32,000 nt of DNA from Candidatus Hadarchaeales archaeon (GTDB taxonomy: Archaea > Hadarchaeota > Hadarchaeia > Hadarchaeales > Hadarchaeaceae), in NCBI GenBank assembly GCA_038823825.1, contig JAWBCC010000003.1, forward strand, positions 30,001 through 62,000. The letters are read 5' to 3'. A model generated the notes under the pieces. The model saw only the letters and a program-made list of their open reading frames with translations, did no database searches and was not told the DNA's origin. A program made the position numbers and the translations under genes. Numbering within the stretch: the stretch's first letter is position 1; every line of letters starts with the position of its first letter. Of the stretch, positions 9,401 to 23,345 are shown in pieces.

Positions 9401-9710
9401 AGAGGGAAGAGCGAGAGAAGGTGGTCTCAGATTCGGAGAGATGGAGCGTGACTGTTTGATAGGACATGGGGCGGCCACCCTTCTTAAGGAAAGGCTGCTT
9501 GACGCTTCGGATAGATATGTTGCTCTCGTCTGCGCAAACTGCGGAAGTTTGGGGTATCTTAGTAAGAAAAAGGGCAGGAAGGTTTGTCCGTTATGTGGCG
9601 AAGATGTGGAAATGCATGAAATTGAAATATCCCATGCGTTTAAACTTCTGCTTGACGAGCTCAGGTCGATGGGTCTTTCACCACGCATAAGAACAAAGGA
9701 AAAAGTGTGA
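6414..9710 (+). CDS. rpoB: DNA-directed RNA polymerase subunit B (single, unsplit gene)
   Basis: 1098 aa; [67 protein letters not shown] start preceded by GGAGGG. Confidence 0.98.
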   Translation: MRDTWPVVEAFFKNKGLVRQHLDSYNDFIERRLQQIIDEIGKIDLDIEGVYVKFKRIRLGTPKAYEAKEGQVDLWPNEARLRGLTYSAPLFLEMSLVDHGKEMPPEEVYIGEFPVMVKSKACRLYGLSDEEVVQHGEDPLDPGGYFIINGSERVIVAQEDLVSNYILVEKDERVGAEVAKVFSSHGGFRAFVVVERKKDGLLRVSFPSVPGQIPFVVMMRALGLEKDRDIASSISEDREILDDFHENLLEEPEVRTTKDALDYIGKRVAVGQPESYRKQRAEEILDKYFLPHLGTSKDDRIKKAYYLGRMAKLAIELALGRRDQDDKDHYANKRLKLAGDLLENIFRLAFNNLIKDMKYQLERAYSRQRGLQLKSAARADVLTERIRHAISTGTWPGGRTGISQLLDRTNYIAAVSHLRRIVSPLSRSQPHFEARDLHSTHWGRICPVETPEGPNCGLVKNLALMAEISIGTDEREIERWLEKLGVRKIEKISERKEETAVYINGRLVGIYEDGKRLAEEIRQLRRRGQISEQVNVGYKPDTNELKINTDSGRIRRPLFVVENGKPRITDEIIEKVERGEMNWDELVKQGIVEYLDADEEENAYIAVYDYEVTEEHTHLEIHPLTILGIGGALVPYAEHNQSPRNTYGANMAKQALGIPFTDIYTRADTRAHFYHYPQVPLVYTKIMDIVGFDKRPAGQNLIVAIATYGGYNMEDAIIFNKASIERGTGRSTFYRLYETEEIRYPGGQVDKIEIPSEDVRGTAGLEHYAKLEEDGLIFPEAEVKGEDVLIGKTSPPRFLEETGAISVGEKRRESSVRVRPQEGGWTDMVMLTTTPDGTKFVRVRVRDQRIPEIGDKFASRHGQKGVIGVILDARDMPFTADGIIPDIIINPHAIPSRMSVGQLLEMIAGKVGAMLGRRIDGTPFSSVPEQELRKLLVDLGFKSTGKEVLYNGITGEMIPVEIFIGVCFYQKLHHMVADKIHARAHGPIQVLTHQPTEGRAREGGLRFGEMERDCLIGHGAATLLKERLLDASDRYVALVCANCGSLGYLSKKKGRKVCPLCGEDVEMHEIEISHAFKLLLDELRSMGLSPRIRTKEKV

Positions 9711-9714
9711 GAAG

Positions 9715-13543
<3,829 letters not shown>

Positions 13544-13548
13544 TTTTC

Positions 13549-13851
13549 ATGGACGTAGAAAAGGAATTGAGTAGAGCAATACTCACGGGCAAGGTTATAC
13601 TTGGAACGGATAGGTCGCTTAAGGCGGTGAAAAGAGGTGATGCTAAGATAGTTTTGCTGGCTTCAAATTGCCCGGAAGAAATAGTGGAGGACTTCATGCA
13701 CTATTCGAAGATCTCTGGTCTGAGGGTTGTTCGGTTGAAAAAAAATAGTAGAGAGCTGGGAATAATTTGTGGGGTTCCTTTTACGGTCAGCGTAGTTTCG
13801 GTAATAGATCCAGGAGATTCAGCAATACTCTCAGCGGTGGATTCCGGATGA
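13549..13851 (+). CDS. rpl30e: Ribosomal protein L30e
   Basis: KELSRAILTGKVILGTDRSLKAVKRGDAKIVLLASNCPEEIVEDFMHYSKISG; position between rpoA2 and nusA. Exact start uncertain (ORF opens at 13540). Confidence 0.93.
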   Translation: MDVEKELSRAILTGKVILGTDRSLKAVKRGDAKIVLLASNCPEEIVEDFMHYSKISGLRVVRLKKNSRELGIICGVPFTVSVVSVIDPGDSAILSAVDSG

Positions 13852-14279
13852 TAAAGTTAACTTCTGAAGAGCTCAAGTATATGGGACTCTTCGAAAGAAT
13901 AACGGGCGCGGCGGCGAAAGATTGTGTTATAGATGATGTTTCTCAAAGTCTCGTGACATTTGTTGTCGATAGAGACAAAATTTCTGAGGCTATCGGGAAG
14001 AGAGGTAGTAAGATTAAATTGCTGGGCAAAATGCTCGGAAAAGATGTCGAAGTTGTAGCTTTTTCAGAGGATCAGGTAGAGATGGTAAAAAATGCCTTGG
14101 CCCCGGCCAAAGTTCAAGAAGTACAAATAGTAGAAAAAAATGGTAAAACAATCGCCATAGTTTACATAGATCTCGAGAATAGAAATAAGGCAGTAGGCAA
14201 AGGGGGCAGACGTATAAGAAACGCGAAAAAAATCGTTAGACGTCACTGCGGAATAGAAGACATTGTCATATCGCATTAG
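13848..14279 (+). CDS. nusA: NusA-like KH-domain transcription factor
   Basis: From ATG 13848: MIKLTSEELKYMGLFERITGAAAKDCVIDD...DKISEAIGKRGSKIKLL...NKAVGKGGRRIRNAKKI; two KH GxxG motifs; ATGA overlap with rpl30e. Confidence 0.93.
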   Translation: MIKLTSEELKYMGLFERITGAAAKDCVIDDVSQSLVTFVVDRDKISEAIGKRGSKIKLLGKMLGKDVEVVAFSEDQVEMVKNALAPAKVQEVQIVEKNGKTIAIVYIDLENRNKAVGKGGRRIRNAKKIVRRHCGIEDIVISH

Positions 14280-14355
14280 AAACTTCAAGGACTGGAAGAA
14301 GCGGCCACGAGATGATTTAAATTAAGAGTTGTATAATTTTCAGTTTGGTGTTGGT

Positions 14356-14790
14356 ATGAAATCTCCAACTGGAGAATTCGCGGCTAGGAAGCTGGCGACA
14401 ACTAGGCAGAGGTTTAGATGGAAGGATGCGGACTATAAGCGTAGAGTTTTGAAGCTTAAGGAGAAGTACGATCCACTTGAAGGAGCGCCGCAAGCCAGGG
14501 GTATTGTCCTCGAGAAGGTCGGAATAGAGGCCAAACAGCCGAACTCGGCCATAAGAAAATGCGTGAGGGTACAGTTGATAAAAAATGGCAAACAGGTAAC
14601 TGCCTTCGCCCCTGGCGACGGAGCGATAGGCTTCATAGATGAACACGATGAGGTAATCATCGAGGGGATAGGCGGGGCAAAAGGGAGATCTTATGGAGAT
14701 CTACCAGGTGTTAGATATCGTGTTGTAATGGTAAACGGTGTTTCTCTTAAAGAGCTTATAAAGGGTAGGAAGGAAAAGCCGACAAGGTGA
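14356..14790 (+). CDS. rps12: Ribosomal protein S12 (uS12)
   Basis: [55 protein letters not shown]. Confidence 0.98.
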   Translation: MKSPTGEFAARKLATTRQRFRWKDADYKRRVLKLKEKYDPLEGAPQARGIVLEKVGIEAKQPNSAIRKCVRVQLIKNGKQVTAFAPGDGAIGFIDEHDEVIIEGIGGAKGRSYGDLPGVRYRVVMVNGVSLKELIKGRKEKPTR

Positions 14791-14794
14791 TGTT

Positions 14795-15400
14795 TTGTCT
14801 TTCAAGTACTTTGGGAAGTGGGATGTTGAGAATGTGGTTATCAGGGATCCGGGTCTAAAGAGATACATAAATCTAGAACCGAGAATTGTGCTTCATACAT
14901 CTGCGAGACATGCTAACAAACAATTTGGTAAGGCACAGGTTTCGATTGTTGAGAGGTTAATGAACAAGCTCATGCGATCTGGGCCAGGTGCTCGAAAATT
15001 AAAGGGAAAGGTCATCAGAGGCGGGAAAGCCACAGGCAAGAAGATGAATGCCTACAAAATAGTCAAGAGGGCTTTTGAGATAATTGAGCATAGAACTGGG
15101 AAAAATCCGATTCAAGTTCTCGTCGATGCGGTTCAGAATGCAGCTCCTAGAGAGGAAACGACAAGACTGACTTATGGAGGTATTACATATTACGTGGCTG
15201 TTGACTCAGCACCTCAGCGAAGACTGGACATTGCGCTTCGAAACATCGCGGCCGGTGCATATGCTGCCTCGTTTAATAACAAAAAGCCCATAGAGGAATG
15301 TCTGGCCGAGGAGATCATAAACGCTGCAAACAATGATGTTAAAAGTTTTGCCATAGCTCAAAAGGAAGAAATCGAAAGAATTGCAAAGGGAGCAAGATAG
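14795..15400 (+). CDS. rps7: Ribosomal protein S7 (uS7)
   Basis: [73 protein letters not shown]; TTG start. Confidence 0.97.
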   Translation: MSFKYFGKWDVENVVIRDPGLKRYINLEPRIVLHTSARHANKQFGKAQVSIVERLMNKLMRSGPGARKLKGKVIRGGKATGKKMNAYKIVKRAFEIIEHRTGKNPIQVLVDAVQNAAPREETTRLTYGGITYYVAVDSAPQRRLDIALRNIAAGAYAASFNNKKPIEECLAEEIINAANNDVKSFAIAQKEEIERIAKGAR

Positions 15401-15439
15401 TTTTTCTGCTCCGATTTTCCGCTAGCTTTTAAACGAAAA

Positions 15440-15475
15440 AATTTAAATACTCATCTCGGGATTGATAAGGAGGTG
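15440..15475 (+). promoter_or_regulatory. tuf promoter TATA-like element (aatttaaata) and Shine-Dalgarno (taaggaggtg)
   Basis: AT-rich TATA-like box 15440-15449 and strong anti-16S match 15466-15475, a few nt before ATG 15481. Confidence 0.6.
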
Positions 15476-15480
15476 GACAA

Positions 15481-16743
15481 ATGCCCAAGCCACACCTAAA
15501 CATAGTTACAATCGGACATGTTGACCACGGAAAGTCTACCCTGATGGGAAGACTTCTTTATGAGACTGGAGCCGTTAAAGAAGAAGAAATAAAGAAGTTT
15601 GAAGCAATGGGGGATAAGGGTAAGACATTCAAGTTCGCTTGGGTAATGGATGCTCTTAAGGAAGAAAGGGAGCGCGGTTTAACAATAGATCTGGCGCACA
15701 GAAAATTTGAGACATCAAAGTATTATTTCACGATCATTGATGCTCCTGGACACCGGGACTTCGTCAAGAATATGATAACCGGTGCGAGTCAAGCGGATGC
15801 GGCAGTGCTTGTTGTTGCAGCGGATGATGGAATAATGCCGCAGACGAGAGAGCACGCAGCTCTTGCATTCACACTCGGAGTTGGTCAGATGATGGTGGTC
15901 ATAAACAAAATGGATCTGGTTGATTATAAGCAAGAAGTATTCGAGAAATTGAAGAAAGAGGTTTCAGACCTTCTCAGGGCGGTTGGTTACAGAAATGTTG
16001 AGAAGTTCGATTTTGTACCAGCAGCGGCCTTTCACGGGGACAACGTGACAAAAAGAAGCGAAAAGATGAAGTGGTACAGCGGTCCCACTGTGCTCGAGGC
16101 ACTGGATCATTTTGAGGTTCCTCCCAAGCCAATAGACAAGCCGCTACGCATTCCAGTTCAGGATGTTTATTCGATCACAGGGGTTGGTACGGTACCGGTC
16201 GGAAGAGTAGAAACTGGAATTTTGAAAGTCGGAGATACTGTAGTTTTCGAGCCGGCCGGTGTGAAGGGTGAGGTGAAGTCTATTGAAATGCACCACGAGT
16301 CGATCCCACAAGCGGAGCCTGGAGATAACATCGGATTCAACGTTAGAGGTGTGGAAAAGAAAGCCTTGAAAAGAGGAGATGTGGCTGGTCATCCGGACAA
16401 GCCTCCGACCGTGGTCAGGGAATTCACTGCGAGAATAGCGGTTTTGCAACACCCGACGGCGATAGCGGCTGGCTATACTCCTGTCTTCCACGTTCACACT
16501 GCGCAGGTCGCTTGCAAGATCACACAAATCGTAAACAAACTCGATCCCAAGACCGGTGCTCCAATAGAGCAGAATCCTCAGTTCATAAAGAAGGGAGATA
16601 TGGCCACGATCGTCGTTGCTCCAACAAAACCGATGGTTATCGAAAAAGCTTCTGAAATTCCTCAGCTCAGCAGATTTGCCATCAGAGACATGGGAATGAC
16701 AATTGCTGCCGGTGTCTGCATAGACGTAGTTCCGGCCAAGTAA
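15481..16743 (+). CDS. tuf: Translation elongation factor 1-alpha (aEF1A)
   Basis: [35 protein letters not shown] GTPase motifs. Confidence 0.99.
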   Translation: MPKPHLNIVTIGHVDHGKSTLMGRLLYETGAVKEEEIKKFEAMGDKGKTFKFAWVMDALKEERERGLTIDLAHRKFETSKYYFTIIDAPGHRDFVKNMITGASQADAAVLVVAADDGIMPQTREHAALAFTLGVGQMMVVINKMDLVDYKQEVFEKLKKEVSDLLRAVGYRNVEKFDFVPAAAFHGDNVTKRSEKMKWYSGPTVLEALDHFEVPPKPIDKPLRIPVQDVYSITGVGTVPVGRVETGILKVGDTVVFEPAGVKGEVKSIEMHHESIPQAEPGDNIGFNVRGVEKKALKRGDVAGHPDKPPTVVREFTARIAVLQHPTAIAAGYTPVFHVHTAQVACKITQIVNKLDPKTGAPIEQNPQFIKKGDMATIVVAPTKPMVIEKASEIPQLSRFAIRDMGMTIAAGVCIDVVPAK

Positions 16744-16784
16744 AAACTTTTTATTTTGTTTTTGCAGTTAAAGTAGGGGTTATC

Positions 16785-17087
16785 GTGCAAAAGGCCAGAA
16801 TAAAGCTTAGCAGTACAGATGTGGCAAAGCTAACCGAAGTTTGCAACCAAATAGTTGAAATAGCGGAAAAGGTGGGCGTGGAATACTCCGGTCCAATTCC
16901 CCTTCCGACTAAGAAAATAAAGATAATCACGAGAAAATCACCCGATGGAGAAGGAACAGCCACGTTCGACAGATGGGAGATGAGAATTCATAGGAGATTG
17001 ATAGACATCCAAGCCGATGAAAGAGCATTGCGCCTCCTCATGCGTCTACAGATTCCAGATGAGGTTTCAATTGAGGTAAAGCTCTGA
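16785..17087 (+). CDS. rps10: Ribosomal protein S10 (uS10)
   Basis: [72 protein letters not shown]; GTG start. Confidence 0.97.
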   Translation: MQKARIKLSSTDVAKLTEVCNQIVEIAEKVGVEYSGPIPLPTKKIKIITRKSPDGEGTATFDRWEMRIHRRLIDIQADERALRLLMRLQIPDEVSIEVKL

Positions 17088-17097
17088 TTTTGGTTTT

Positions 17098-17859
17098 TCA
17101 CTGGCCAGTTATGTATTTCTCAAGTTCGTGGGGCTCTGGAACCGAGATGTTTAGTTTTTCAAAATAGTGGGAAATGTTAAGGATGTCTCTTCTCAGGTAC
17201 TCGAGTGCCATCGAGCTTTGGATGTCTATCGCCATTGAAAAATCTATGAGATATGGCTCCGGTGTTATGAGTATGTTGTACTCGCTCAGATCGGCATGCA
17301 CGAGACCAGCTTTCTGGTAAAGTAGTCTCATGTCTTCCAGAATGCTGTTGAAAGCCTCCTTTGGGTTTTCTGGTGTCATGTCTTTCATCCTAGGGTAGGG
17401 TATACCGTTTTCTCCTAGGAATTCCATAACCAAGATGTTTTTCTCATGGTCTACGGGTCTTGGAACATGAACGCCTGCTTCATACGCTCTCTGCAGATTT
17501 TTGAATTCTCTAGAGGTCCACGCGAAGATTATTCTTCTCCGTTCGTGCGGAACTCTTGAATATCTTGGATCAGCCAGGAGATACTTATGCATCGTTTTGA
17601 AATCAGATGTGGCAATTCTATAGATTTTTACGGCGAGAAAGTTTCCAGTGGAGTCGGAAGCGCAGAAAACGTTCGCCTCTTTGCCGGTCGAAACTGCACC
17701 GTAAACCATATCGAAGATTCCTCTATTAACCATCTTACATAGCGAAAGGAGAGTCGAATGGTCAAAAACGCCCGCCATTATTTTATAGATTTCAGAGTCT
17801 TTTTCAAGTCTCTCCGGTTTGTGTCTTCTTAGCGCGGCTAGAAAAACATCTTCTGACAT
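17098..17859 (-). CDS. RIO1-family serine/threonine protein kinase
   Basis: GAVSTGKEANVFCAS, LAVKIYRIATSDFK, WTSREFKNL, LVHADLSEYNILI, YLIDFSMAI. Confidence 0.96.
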   Translation of the reverse strand: MSEDVFLAALRRHKPERLEKDSEIYKIMAGVFDHSTLLSLCKMVNRGIFDMVYGAVSTGKEANVFCASDSTGNFLAVKIYRIATSDFKTMHKYLLADPRYSRVPHERRRIIFAWTSREFKNLQRAYEAGVHVPRPVDHEKNILVMEFLGENGIPYPRMKDMTPENPKEAFNSILEDMRLLYQKAGLVHADLSEYNILITPEPYLIDFSMAIDIQSSMALEYLRRDILNISHYFEKLNISVPEPHELEKYITGQ

Positions 17860-17869
17860 CTAGGCACCG

Positions 17870-18157
17870 CTACTCCCATAAGCCCATCTTCTTTAACCAT
17901 TCCACTTGAGTTTTCGTGTATCTAAAGACTATGTCGCCTCTCTCATCTCCCTGCACGGGCCAGGGCTTTACAACAACAACGTCTCCTTCCAAAATCCACA
18001 TCCTCTTTCTCAGTCTCCCCGGTATCCGACAGTTTCTTATCTTACCATCCCTACATCTAACCCTAACTCTATCGTTTCCAAACATCTGGTCCACTATTCC
18101 AAGGACCTCGCCTTTTTCAGGTATGTACAGTCGCTCTCCTTCCTCTTCTTTTGGCAT
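17870..18157 (-). CDS. Translation initiation factor aIF1A
   Basis: [57 protein letters not shown] opens at 18169; internal ATG 18157 ([18 protein letters not shown]) looks like the more typical N-terminus. Confidence 0.95.
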   Translation of the reverse strand: MPKEEEGERLYIPEKGEVLGIVDQMFGNDRVRVRCRDGKIRNCRIPGRLRKRMWILEGDVVVVKPWPVQGDERGDIVFRYTKTQVEWLKKMGLWE

Positions 18158-19652
18158 TTTTTTCACCACGATACTTATCCCATAAAAATCTGTTTACGCC
18201 GTTTAACATCGCTTGAACGCTCGCCATTATTATATCTCCGCTTATTCCTCTGGCAGTAATAATCCTTTTACCGTCCGTCAGTTTCACGGTTACATCGACT
18301 ACGGCATCTGTTCCACCCGAGATCGAATCCACGTGGTACTCCAGAAGACGGATATTCGATATCCCCTCGATGAGTTTCCTGATGGCATTCATAGCGGCAT
18401 CGACTGGACCCACTCCTACTCCAGATTCGATCATTTCTTTGTCTCTGAATCTTACTTTGACGGAGGACGTCGGAGTGATTTTGTTTCCACTCACCACTGT
18501 CAGTTCTTCAAGTTTTATCGTCTCCTCGAATTCTTTACCCATCACGGAATCGATTATGGCTCGAAGCTCTGAGTCCGTTACTACTTTTCCTTGGTCGCCG
18601 AGCCACTTTACCTGTTTAAAAATTTCCGTGACTTGCTCTTTGTTCGGACGGAATCCCAGTTTTCTCAGCTCCATCTCGATGGCATGTCTTCCGATATGTT
18701 TTCCGAAAACGATTCTTCTCCTTTGTCCGATGTCTTCTGGCGCAAGAGGCTCATATGTCTTTGGGCTGCGAAGAACCCCATGCACGTGAATTCCAGCTTC
18801 GTGGGCAAATGCGTTCTCCCCGACAAGCGGTTTTGTTGGAGAAAGAGGTATTCCGGTCAAACTTTCGACAAGCTTGGAAACAGAATAAAGTTTCTTCATT
18901 TTTATTCGAAGCTTATACTTCTGGAGGTAAACAAGAGCTGAGACAACCTCCTCCAGCGCAGCGTTTCCTCCTCTTTCACCCAATCCGTTGATGGTTACGT
19001 GAACTTCGGTCGCGCCACCTTCAACCGCAGAAATCGTGTTCGCCGTGGCCATTCCAAAATCATTATGACAGTGGGCAGCCAGAGGCACGTTTACAATTTT
19101 TGCGAACTTTGAATAGAACTCGCGCGCTCTTGCCGGTGTCAGAATACCCACTGTGTCGCAAAGACAAATTCTGTGAACTCGATGCTCTAGACCAAGCGCC
19201 ACGAGTTCTCTCACGAAATTTTCATCAGCTCTTGTTGCATCTTCGAGTGAGAATTCGACTTTTAAACCATGCTTTATCGCGTAGTCCATGGCTTGTGCTG
19301 CCATTTTCTTTATTTCCTGTCTAGACTTTTCGAGCCGTAACTTTAGATGAATATCAGAGGCAGGAACTACCAGATGTATGCTGTCGACATCCGCAGCAAT
19401 CGCAGCATCGATATCTTCTTTCATAGCTCTCGTAAATGTGCAGATTTCGGCGCTTAATCCCAGCTTTGATATCTCCTTGATGGCTTTTCTCTCGCCCTCA
19501 GAGGTTGCAACAGATCCCGCTTCGATGATATCGACTCCGAGATCGTCGAGAGCGCGAGCAATTTTTATTTTCTCCTCTGGGGTCAAAGCCACGCCTGGTG
19601 TCTGCTCCCCATCTCTCAGAGTTGTGTCGAGAATCAGCACTCTGCCGCTCAT
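18117..19652 (-). CDS. cimA: Alpha-isopropylmalate/homocitrate synthase family; more similar to citramalate synthase (CimA)
   Basis: [63 protein letters not shown]. The features recall the methanogen CimA rather than the LeuA paralog; substrate not proven. Confidence 0.7.
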   Translation of the reverse strand: MSGRVLILDTTLRDGEQTPGVALTPEEKIKIARALDDLGVDIIEAGSVATSEGERKAIKEISKLGLSAEICTFTRAMKEDIDAAIAADVDSIHLVVPASDIHLKLRLEKSRQEIKKMAAQAMDYAIKHGLKVEFSLEDATRADENFVRELVALGLEHRVHRICLCDTVGILTPARAREFYSKFAKIVNVPLAAHCHNDFGMATANTISAVEGGATEVHVTINGLGERGGNAALEEVVSALVYLQKYKLRIKMKKLYSVSKLVESLTGIPLSPTKPLVGENAFAHEAGIHVHGVLRSPKTYEPLAPEDIGQRRRIVFGKHIGRHAIEMELRKLGFRPNKEQVTEIFKQVKWLGDQGKVVTDSELRAIIDSVMGKEFEETIKLEELTVVSGNKITPTSSVKVRFRDKEMIESGVGVGPVDAAMNAIRKLIEGISNIRLLEYHVDSISGGTDAVVDVTVKLTDGKRIITARGISGDIIMASVQAMLNGVNRFLWDKYRGEKNAKRRGRRATVHT

Positions 19653-19696
19653 GCTCCCAATATATTAAAAATGGCGCGATATATTAAACAGAGGTC

Positions 19697-21259
19697 ATGG
19701 TCATGGAAAGAGAGATCTTTATTAGCAGTCTTATGAGGGAAATGCGAAAAAATCTGAATCTCCCAAAGAGAGTTAGGATTTTTGATACTACTCTCAGGGA
19801 TGGTGAGCAAACTCCAGGAGTCTCGCTCACTCCCGAGCAGAAGCTGATAATAGCGAGGCAACTTGATAAGCTCGGTGTTGATGTTATCGAAGCTGGAATG
19901 CCTGTTGTATCAGAGGGGGAGAAAAGGGCTGTGAAAATGATTGCAGGCAACGGTCTACAGGCGGAAATATGTGCCTTAGCGAGATGCACGAAGGAAGATA
20001 TAGACGCTGCTCTCGATTGCGATGTCGATAGTGTACATATTTTCATCGCGACTTCTGATATTCATCTTAAGCACAAGCTAAAACTCACGAGAGCTCAAGC
20101 GCTGGAGAAGGCGATAGAGCATGTCGAATATGCAAAAAAACACGGGGTGATTGTGGAGTTTTCTGCCGAGGATGCGACGAGGAGTGATTTAGAATATCTT
20201 AAGAAAGTTTATAAGGCAGTTGAAGAGGTCGGAGCGGATAGAATAAATGTTCCAGATACCGTGGGCGTGGCAACACCGCGCGTGATGTTCCACCTAATCC
20301 AAGAGATTACAAAAGCGGTAAAAATACCCGTAAGTGTTCACTGCCATAATGATCTGGGACTAGCTGTTGCGAATTCTTTGGCCGGCGTGGAGGCGGGAGC
20401 CGAACAGGTTCACGTGACAGTAAACGGACTCGGAGAAAGAGCTGGAAATGCTTCTCTCGAAGAAGTTGTCATTGCTATGAGGATGTTCTACGGAATAAAA
20501 CCACGCATTAAAACGAAGCTGCTTGTGGAGACGTCCGAGCTTGTTGAGAGAATCACGGGAATGCAAGTTCCTCCAAACAAACCAGTTGTTGGCGAGAATG
20601 CTTTCGCTCACGAATCGGGCATACATGTTCATGGTGTGCTTCAGTTTCCGGGGACATATGAACCGCTCTCGCCCGAGCTTGTGGGGCACAGACGTAGGCT
20701 GGTTCTTGGAAAACACGCCGGTAGTCGCTCTGTCGCGGCCTGCTTGCGAGATCTGGGAATCAAAGTAACGAAACAGCAGTTGAGGGAAGTCACGAGAAAA
20801 GTCAAAGAGCTCGGAGATAAGGGGAAAAAAGTGACCTTGGCGGATTTGCGTGCGATAGCTGAAAGTGTGGTCGGTTCGCTTCCACCGGAGGAAAAGGTCG
20901 TGGAGTTGAAAGAGATAACTGTTACAACAGGAAACACGATAACTCCGACGGCTTCCGTTAGGTTGAGGATAAAGGATGAAGAAAAAATCGGTGCCTCAAC
21001 CGGTGTAGGTCCAGTCGATGCCGCTATTGGAGCGATCAGAAAAGCGATTGGTGAAATATCCTCTCTCCGCTTAAAAGAATATCATCTGGATGCGATCACC
21101 GGTGGGAGTGATGCGTTGGCGGAGGTCACTGTCAAACTGGAAGACGAAAAAGGAAACATTTATGTCGCCAAAGGGATCCGCGAAGATGTAGTGTTGGCCA
21201 GCGTAGACGCGATGATAAATGGAATTAACCTCTGGTTTAGGGAGAGAAGACCTTCCTGA
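19697..21259 (+). CDS. leuA: 2-isopropylmalate synthase (LeuA-like paralog)
   Basis: [89 protein letters not shown]. Confidence 0.75.
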   Translation: MVMEREIFISSLMREMRKNLNLPKRVRIFDTTLRDGEQTPGVSLTPEQKLIIARQLDKLGVDVIEAGMPVVSEGEKRAVKMIAGNGLQAEICALARCTKEDIDAALDCDVDSVHIFIATSDIHLKHKLKLTRAQALEKAIEHVEYAKKHGVIVEFSAEDATRSDLEYLKKVYKAVEEVGADRINVPDTVGVATPRVMFHLIQEITKAVKIPVSVHCHNDLGLAVANSLAGVEAGAEQVHVTVNGLGERAGNASLEEVVIAMRMFYGIKPRIKTKLLVETSELVERITGMQVPPNKPVVGENAFAHESGIHVHGVLQFPGTYEPLSPELVGHRRRLVLGKHAGSRSVAACLRDLGIKVTKQQLREVTRKVKELGDKGKKVTLADLRAIAESVVGSLPPEEKVVELKEITVTTGNTITPTASVRLRIKDEEKIGASTGVGPVDAAIGAIRKAIGEISSLRLKEYHLDAITGGSDALAEVTVKLEDEKGNIYVAKGIREDVVLASVDAMINGINLWFRERRPS

Positions 21260-21281
21260 TATTGCACAAAATTGTGCAATA
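21260..21281. promoter_or_regulatory. Perfect 10-bp-arm inverted repeat (TATTGCACAA-AA-TTGTGCAATA) immediately upstream of the trp promoter; candidate operator
   Basis: Arms 21260-21269 and 21272-21281 are exact reverse complements. A further GTGCA at 21294-21298 lies exactly 20 nt from the one at 21274-21278, flanking the TATA-like element gtattaaata. Confidence 0.7.
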
Positions 21282-21283
21282 AA

Positions 21284-21293
21284 GTATTAAATA
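21284..21293 (+). promoter_or_regulatory. Candidate TATA element of the trp operon
   Basis: gtattaaata about 25-30 nt upstream of trpE ATG 21316, the spacing expected for a near-leaderless archaeal transcript. Confidence 0.55.
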
Positions 21294-21315
21294 GTGCATT
21301 AAAGAAACTATTCTG

Positions 21316-22773
21316 ATGCAAAAACAAGTCGAGAAACTGGAAAAAATTGCAAGGGAAATCGGAACACCCTGTATACTTCCGGTTTCAATAAAAATAAGTG
21401 GATGTAAGGATCCAGCCGAGATTTATTTCAGAATAAGATCTCTCTATCATCCTTCATTTCTTTTTGAATCCTCCGGAGGTCCAATCAAGATAGGGCGATA
21501 TTCTGTGATAGGCTTTGATCCAATTTTTCATTTCTGTGTTGAGGGAAAAACTAGAAGAGCGATCTTGAAAGGTGAAATCTTCGGTCGGTCGGCCGGAGAT
21601 GCGGATTCCTTGGAGATTCTAAAGAAAGTTGCAGGTGTTGATGAAGTCAAAACACCACATGTAACTCCACAATATCTTCTAGCATTTTTCGGCTGTGTCG
21701 GTTACGATTACGTGCGCGAGATGGTTCCGCTACCTGAAAACGCGGTCGATGATCTGGCCCACCCAATGTTGGAATTCATCCTTCCTTCCAAAATCATGAT
21801 TTTCGATCATCTTCGTTCTAAAACGACTTTTGCCTGCCTACTTCCGATTTCTGACGTTAGGGAAATTAGAAACAAGACAGATGAGGCCAGAAAAGCGATT
21901 TCTAGGATGGTTGCTATCCTCGGGAAAAAACCCAGAGAAGACAACACAGTGAAGCATGAGCGCTCAAACATTTCAAGACGGGACTTTGAGAGGAAGGTGG
22001 AAAGGGCTAAAGAATATATACGCGCCGGGGATGTTATTCAGGTTGTTCTTTCCAGAAGAATCGAGATTCGCCCAGCTCCGGATCCGGAGAACTTTTACTG
22101 GAAGCTGAGGTCTATCAATCCTTCGCCCTATATGTTTTTCTTAGATTTTCCGAAAAGAGTTTTGATAGGTTCAAGTCCAGAGCTTCTCGTGAAGGTAGAT
22201 GACGGAAAAGTTGTGACGAGACCGATAGCCGGAACTAGGAGGAGAGGCGACGAAGGCACGGATGTGGAACTCGAGAGAGATCTGCTGAGCAGCGAAAAAG
22301 AAAGGGCGGAGCATGTTATGCTGGTAGATCTCGGCCGCAACGACTTGGGCAAGGTTTGCACGTTTGGATCGGTTATGGTTGAGGAATTTATGAAGGTTGA
22401 GAAATACAGTCATGTTCAACATCTTGTGAGCACGGTCAGCGGGCAGTTGCGTCCAGACAAAGATTCCTTCGATGCTTTAAGAGCAACATTTCCGGCAGGC
22501 ACCGTTACCGGGGCACCAAAAGTCAGAGCAATGGAAATCATCGAAGAGCTAGAGCCGACTAGGAGAGGGCTCTATGCTGGCGCAGTAGGATGCTTCAGTT
22601 ATCAAAGGGAGGCAGATTTCGCAATCACGATAAGGGCAATGGTGATTCAGAATGGCACAGGATATATACAGGTTGGAGCCGGAATAGTGGCTGACTCGGT
22701 CGCTTGGAAGGAATATTACGAAACGGAGAATAAAGCGAGAGCACTTCTGGCTGCTGCAGGGGTGAGGTCATGA
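21316..22773 (+). CDS. trpE: Anthranilate synthase component I
   Basis: FESSGGPIKIGRYSVIGFDP, GDVIQVVLSRR, SPYMFFLDF, RPIAGTRRRG, HVMLVDLGRNDLGKV, PAGTVTGAPKVRAMEII. Confidence 0.97.
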   Translation: MQKQVEKLEKIAREIGTPCILPVSIKISGCKDPAEIYFRIRSLYHPSFLFESSGGPIKIGRYSVIGFDPIFHFCVEGKTRRAILKGEIFGRSAGDADSLEILKKVAGVDEVKTPHVTPQYLLAFFGCVGYDYVREMVPLPENAVDDLAHPMLEFILPSKIMIFDHLRSKTTFACLLPISDVREIRNKTDEARKAISRMVAILGKKPREDNTVKHERSNISRRDFERKVERAKEYIRAGDVIQVVLSRRIEIRPAPDPENFYWKLRSINPSPYMFFLDFPKRVLIGSSPELLVKVDDGKVVTRPIAGTRRRGDEGTDVELERDLLSSEKERAEHVMLVDLGRNDLGKVCTFGSVMVEEFMKVEKYSHVQHLVSTVSGQLRPDKDSFDALRATFPAGTVTGAPKVRAMEIIEELEPTRRGLYAGAVGCFSYQREADFAITIRAMVIQNGTGYIQVGAGIVADSVAWKEYYETENKARALLAAAGVRS

Positions 22774-23345
22774 GAATAGTGGTCATAGACAACATAGATT
22801 CCTTTGTCTACAATTTGGTTCATTATGTGGGGGAGCTTGGCGCAGAACCCGTGGTCTTCACAAAGGATGCAAATCTCATGGAAATCGAGCGTGCGAAACC
22901 CGATGGCATAATAATCTCTCCAGGTCCCGGTAGACCGGAAAATGCTGGAGTTTCCGTCACCGTTGTCAAAAAGTTTGCTGGTCGCGTACCCATTCTTGGC
23001 GTCTGTCTTGGTCATCAGGTTATAGGCCACGTCTTTGGGGCAAAGATCGTGCAGGCGAAGCGCCTAATGCATGGAAAGACTTCCAAAATAAGATATAGAC
23101 ATTGCGAAATTTTCAAAGGTTTACCCAACCCGTTTGAAGCTACGCGATATCATTCACTTGCGATAGACGCTTCAACTCTGCCAGAGGAACTGGAACTCAT
23201 AGCTTGGACGGATGACAGCGAAAAGGAAGTGATGGCTGTAAAACACATAGAATTTCCAGTTTTTGGTGTGCAGTTTCATCCAGAGTCCATTCTGACGAAA
23301 GATGGCAAGAAGATTATCAAGAATTTTCTGGAGGTAGTCAGATGA
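22770..23345 (+). CDS. trpG: Anthranilate synthase component II (glutamine amidotransferase)
   Basis: VVIDNIDSFVYNLV, ISPGPGRPENAG, GVCLGHQVIGHVFG, MHGKTS, FGVQFHPES; ATGA overlap with trpE. Confidence 0.97.
   Translation: MRIVVIDNIDSFVYNLVHYVGELGAEPVVFTKDANLMEIERAKPDGIIISPGPGRPENAGVSVTVVKKFAGRVPILGVCLGHQVIGHVFGAKIVQAKRLMHGKTSKIRYRHCEIFKGLPNPFEATRYHSLAIDASTLPEELELIAWTDDSEKEVMAVKHIEFPVFGVQFHPESILTKDGKKIIKNFLEVVR

Noticed and set aside
9478-9690. Overlapping and antisense ORFs inside rpoB/rpoA (for example 8988-9467 minus, 9392-9688 minus, 9466-9690 plus, 11728-12129 minus)
   Set aside because: They lie within highly conserved RNAP coding sequence, have low-complexity or random composition and show no recognisable motif.
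16744-16768. T-rich tract after tuf (actttttattttgtttttgc) as a terminator
   Set aside because: It could be a U-tract terminator, but rps10 follows within 41 nt in the normally co-transcribed cluster; not supportable without RNA data.
19660-19686. ATATATTA direct repeat as a specific regulator site
   Set aside because: More simply explained as two oppositely used TATA boxes; retained only as a promoter observation.
21260-21281. Intrinsic terminator hairpin after leuA
   Set aside because: The 2-nt loop is sterically poor, there is no poly-T tract following, and it abuts the trp TATA; an operator explanation fits better.
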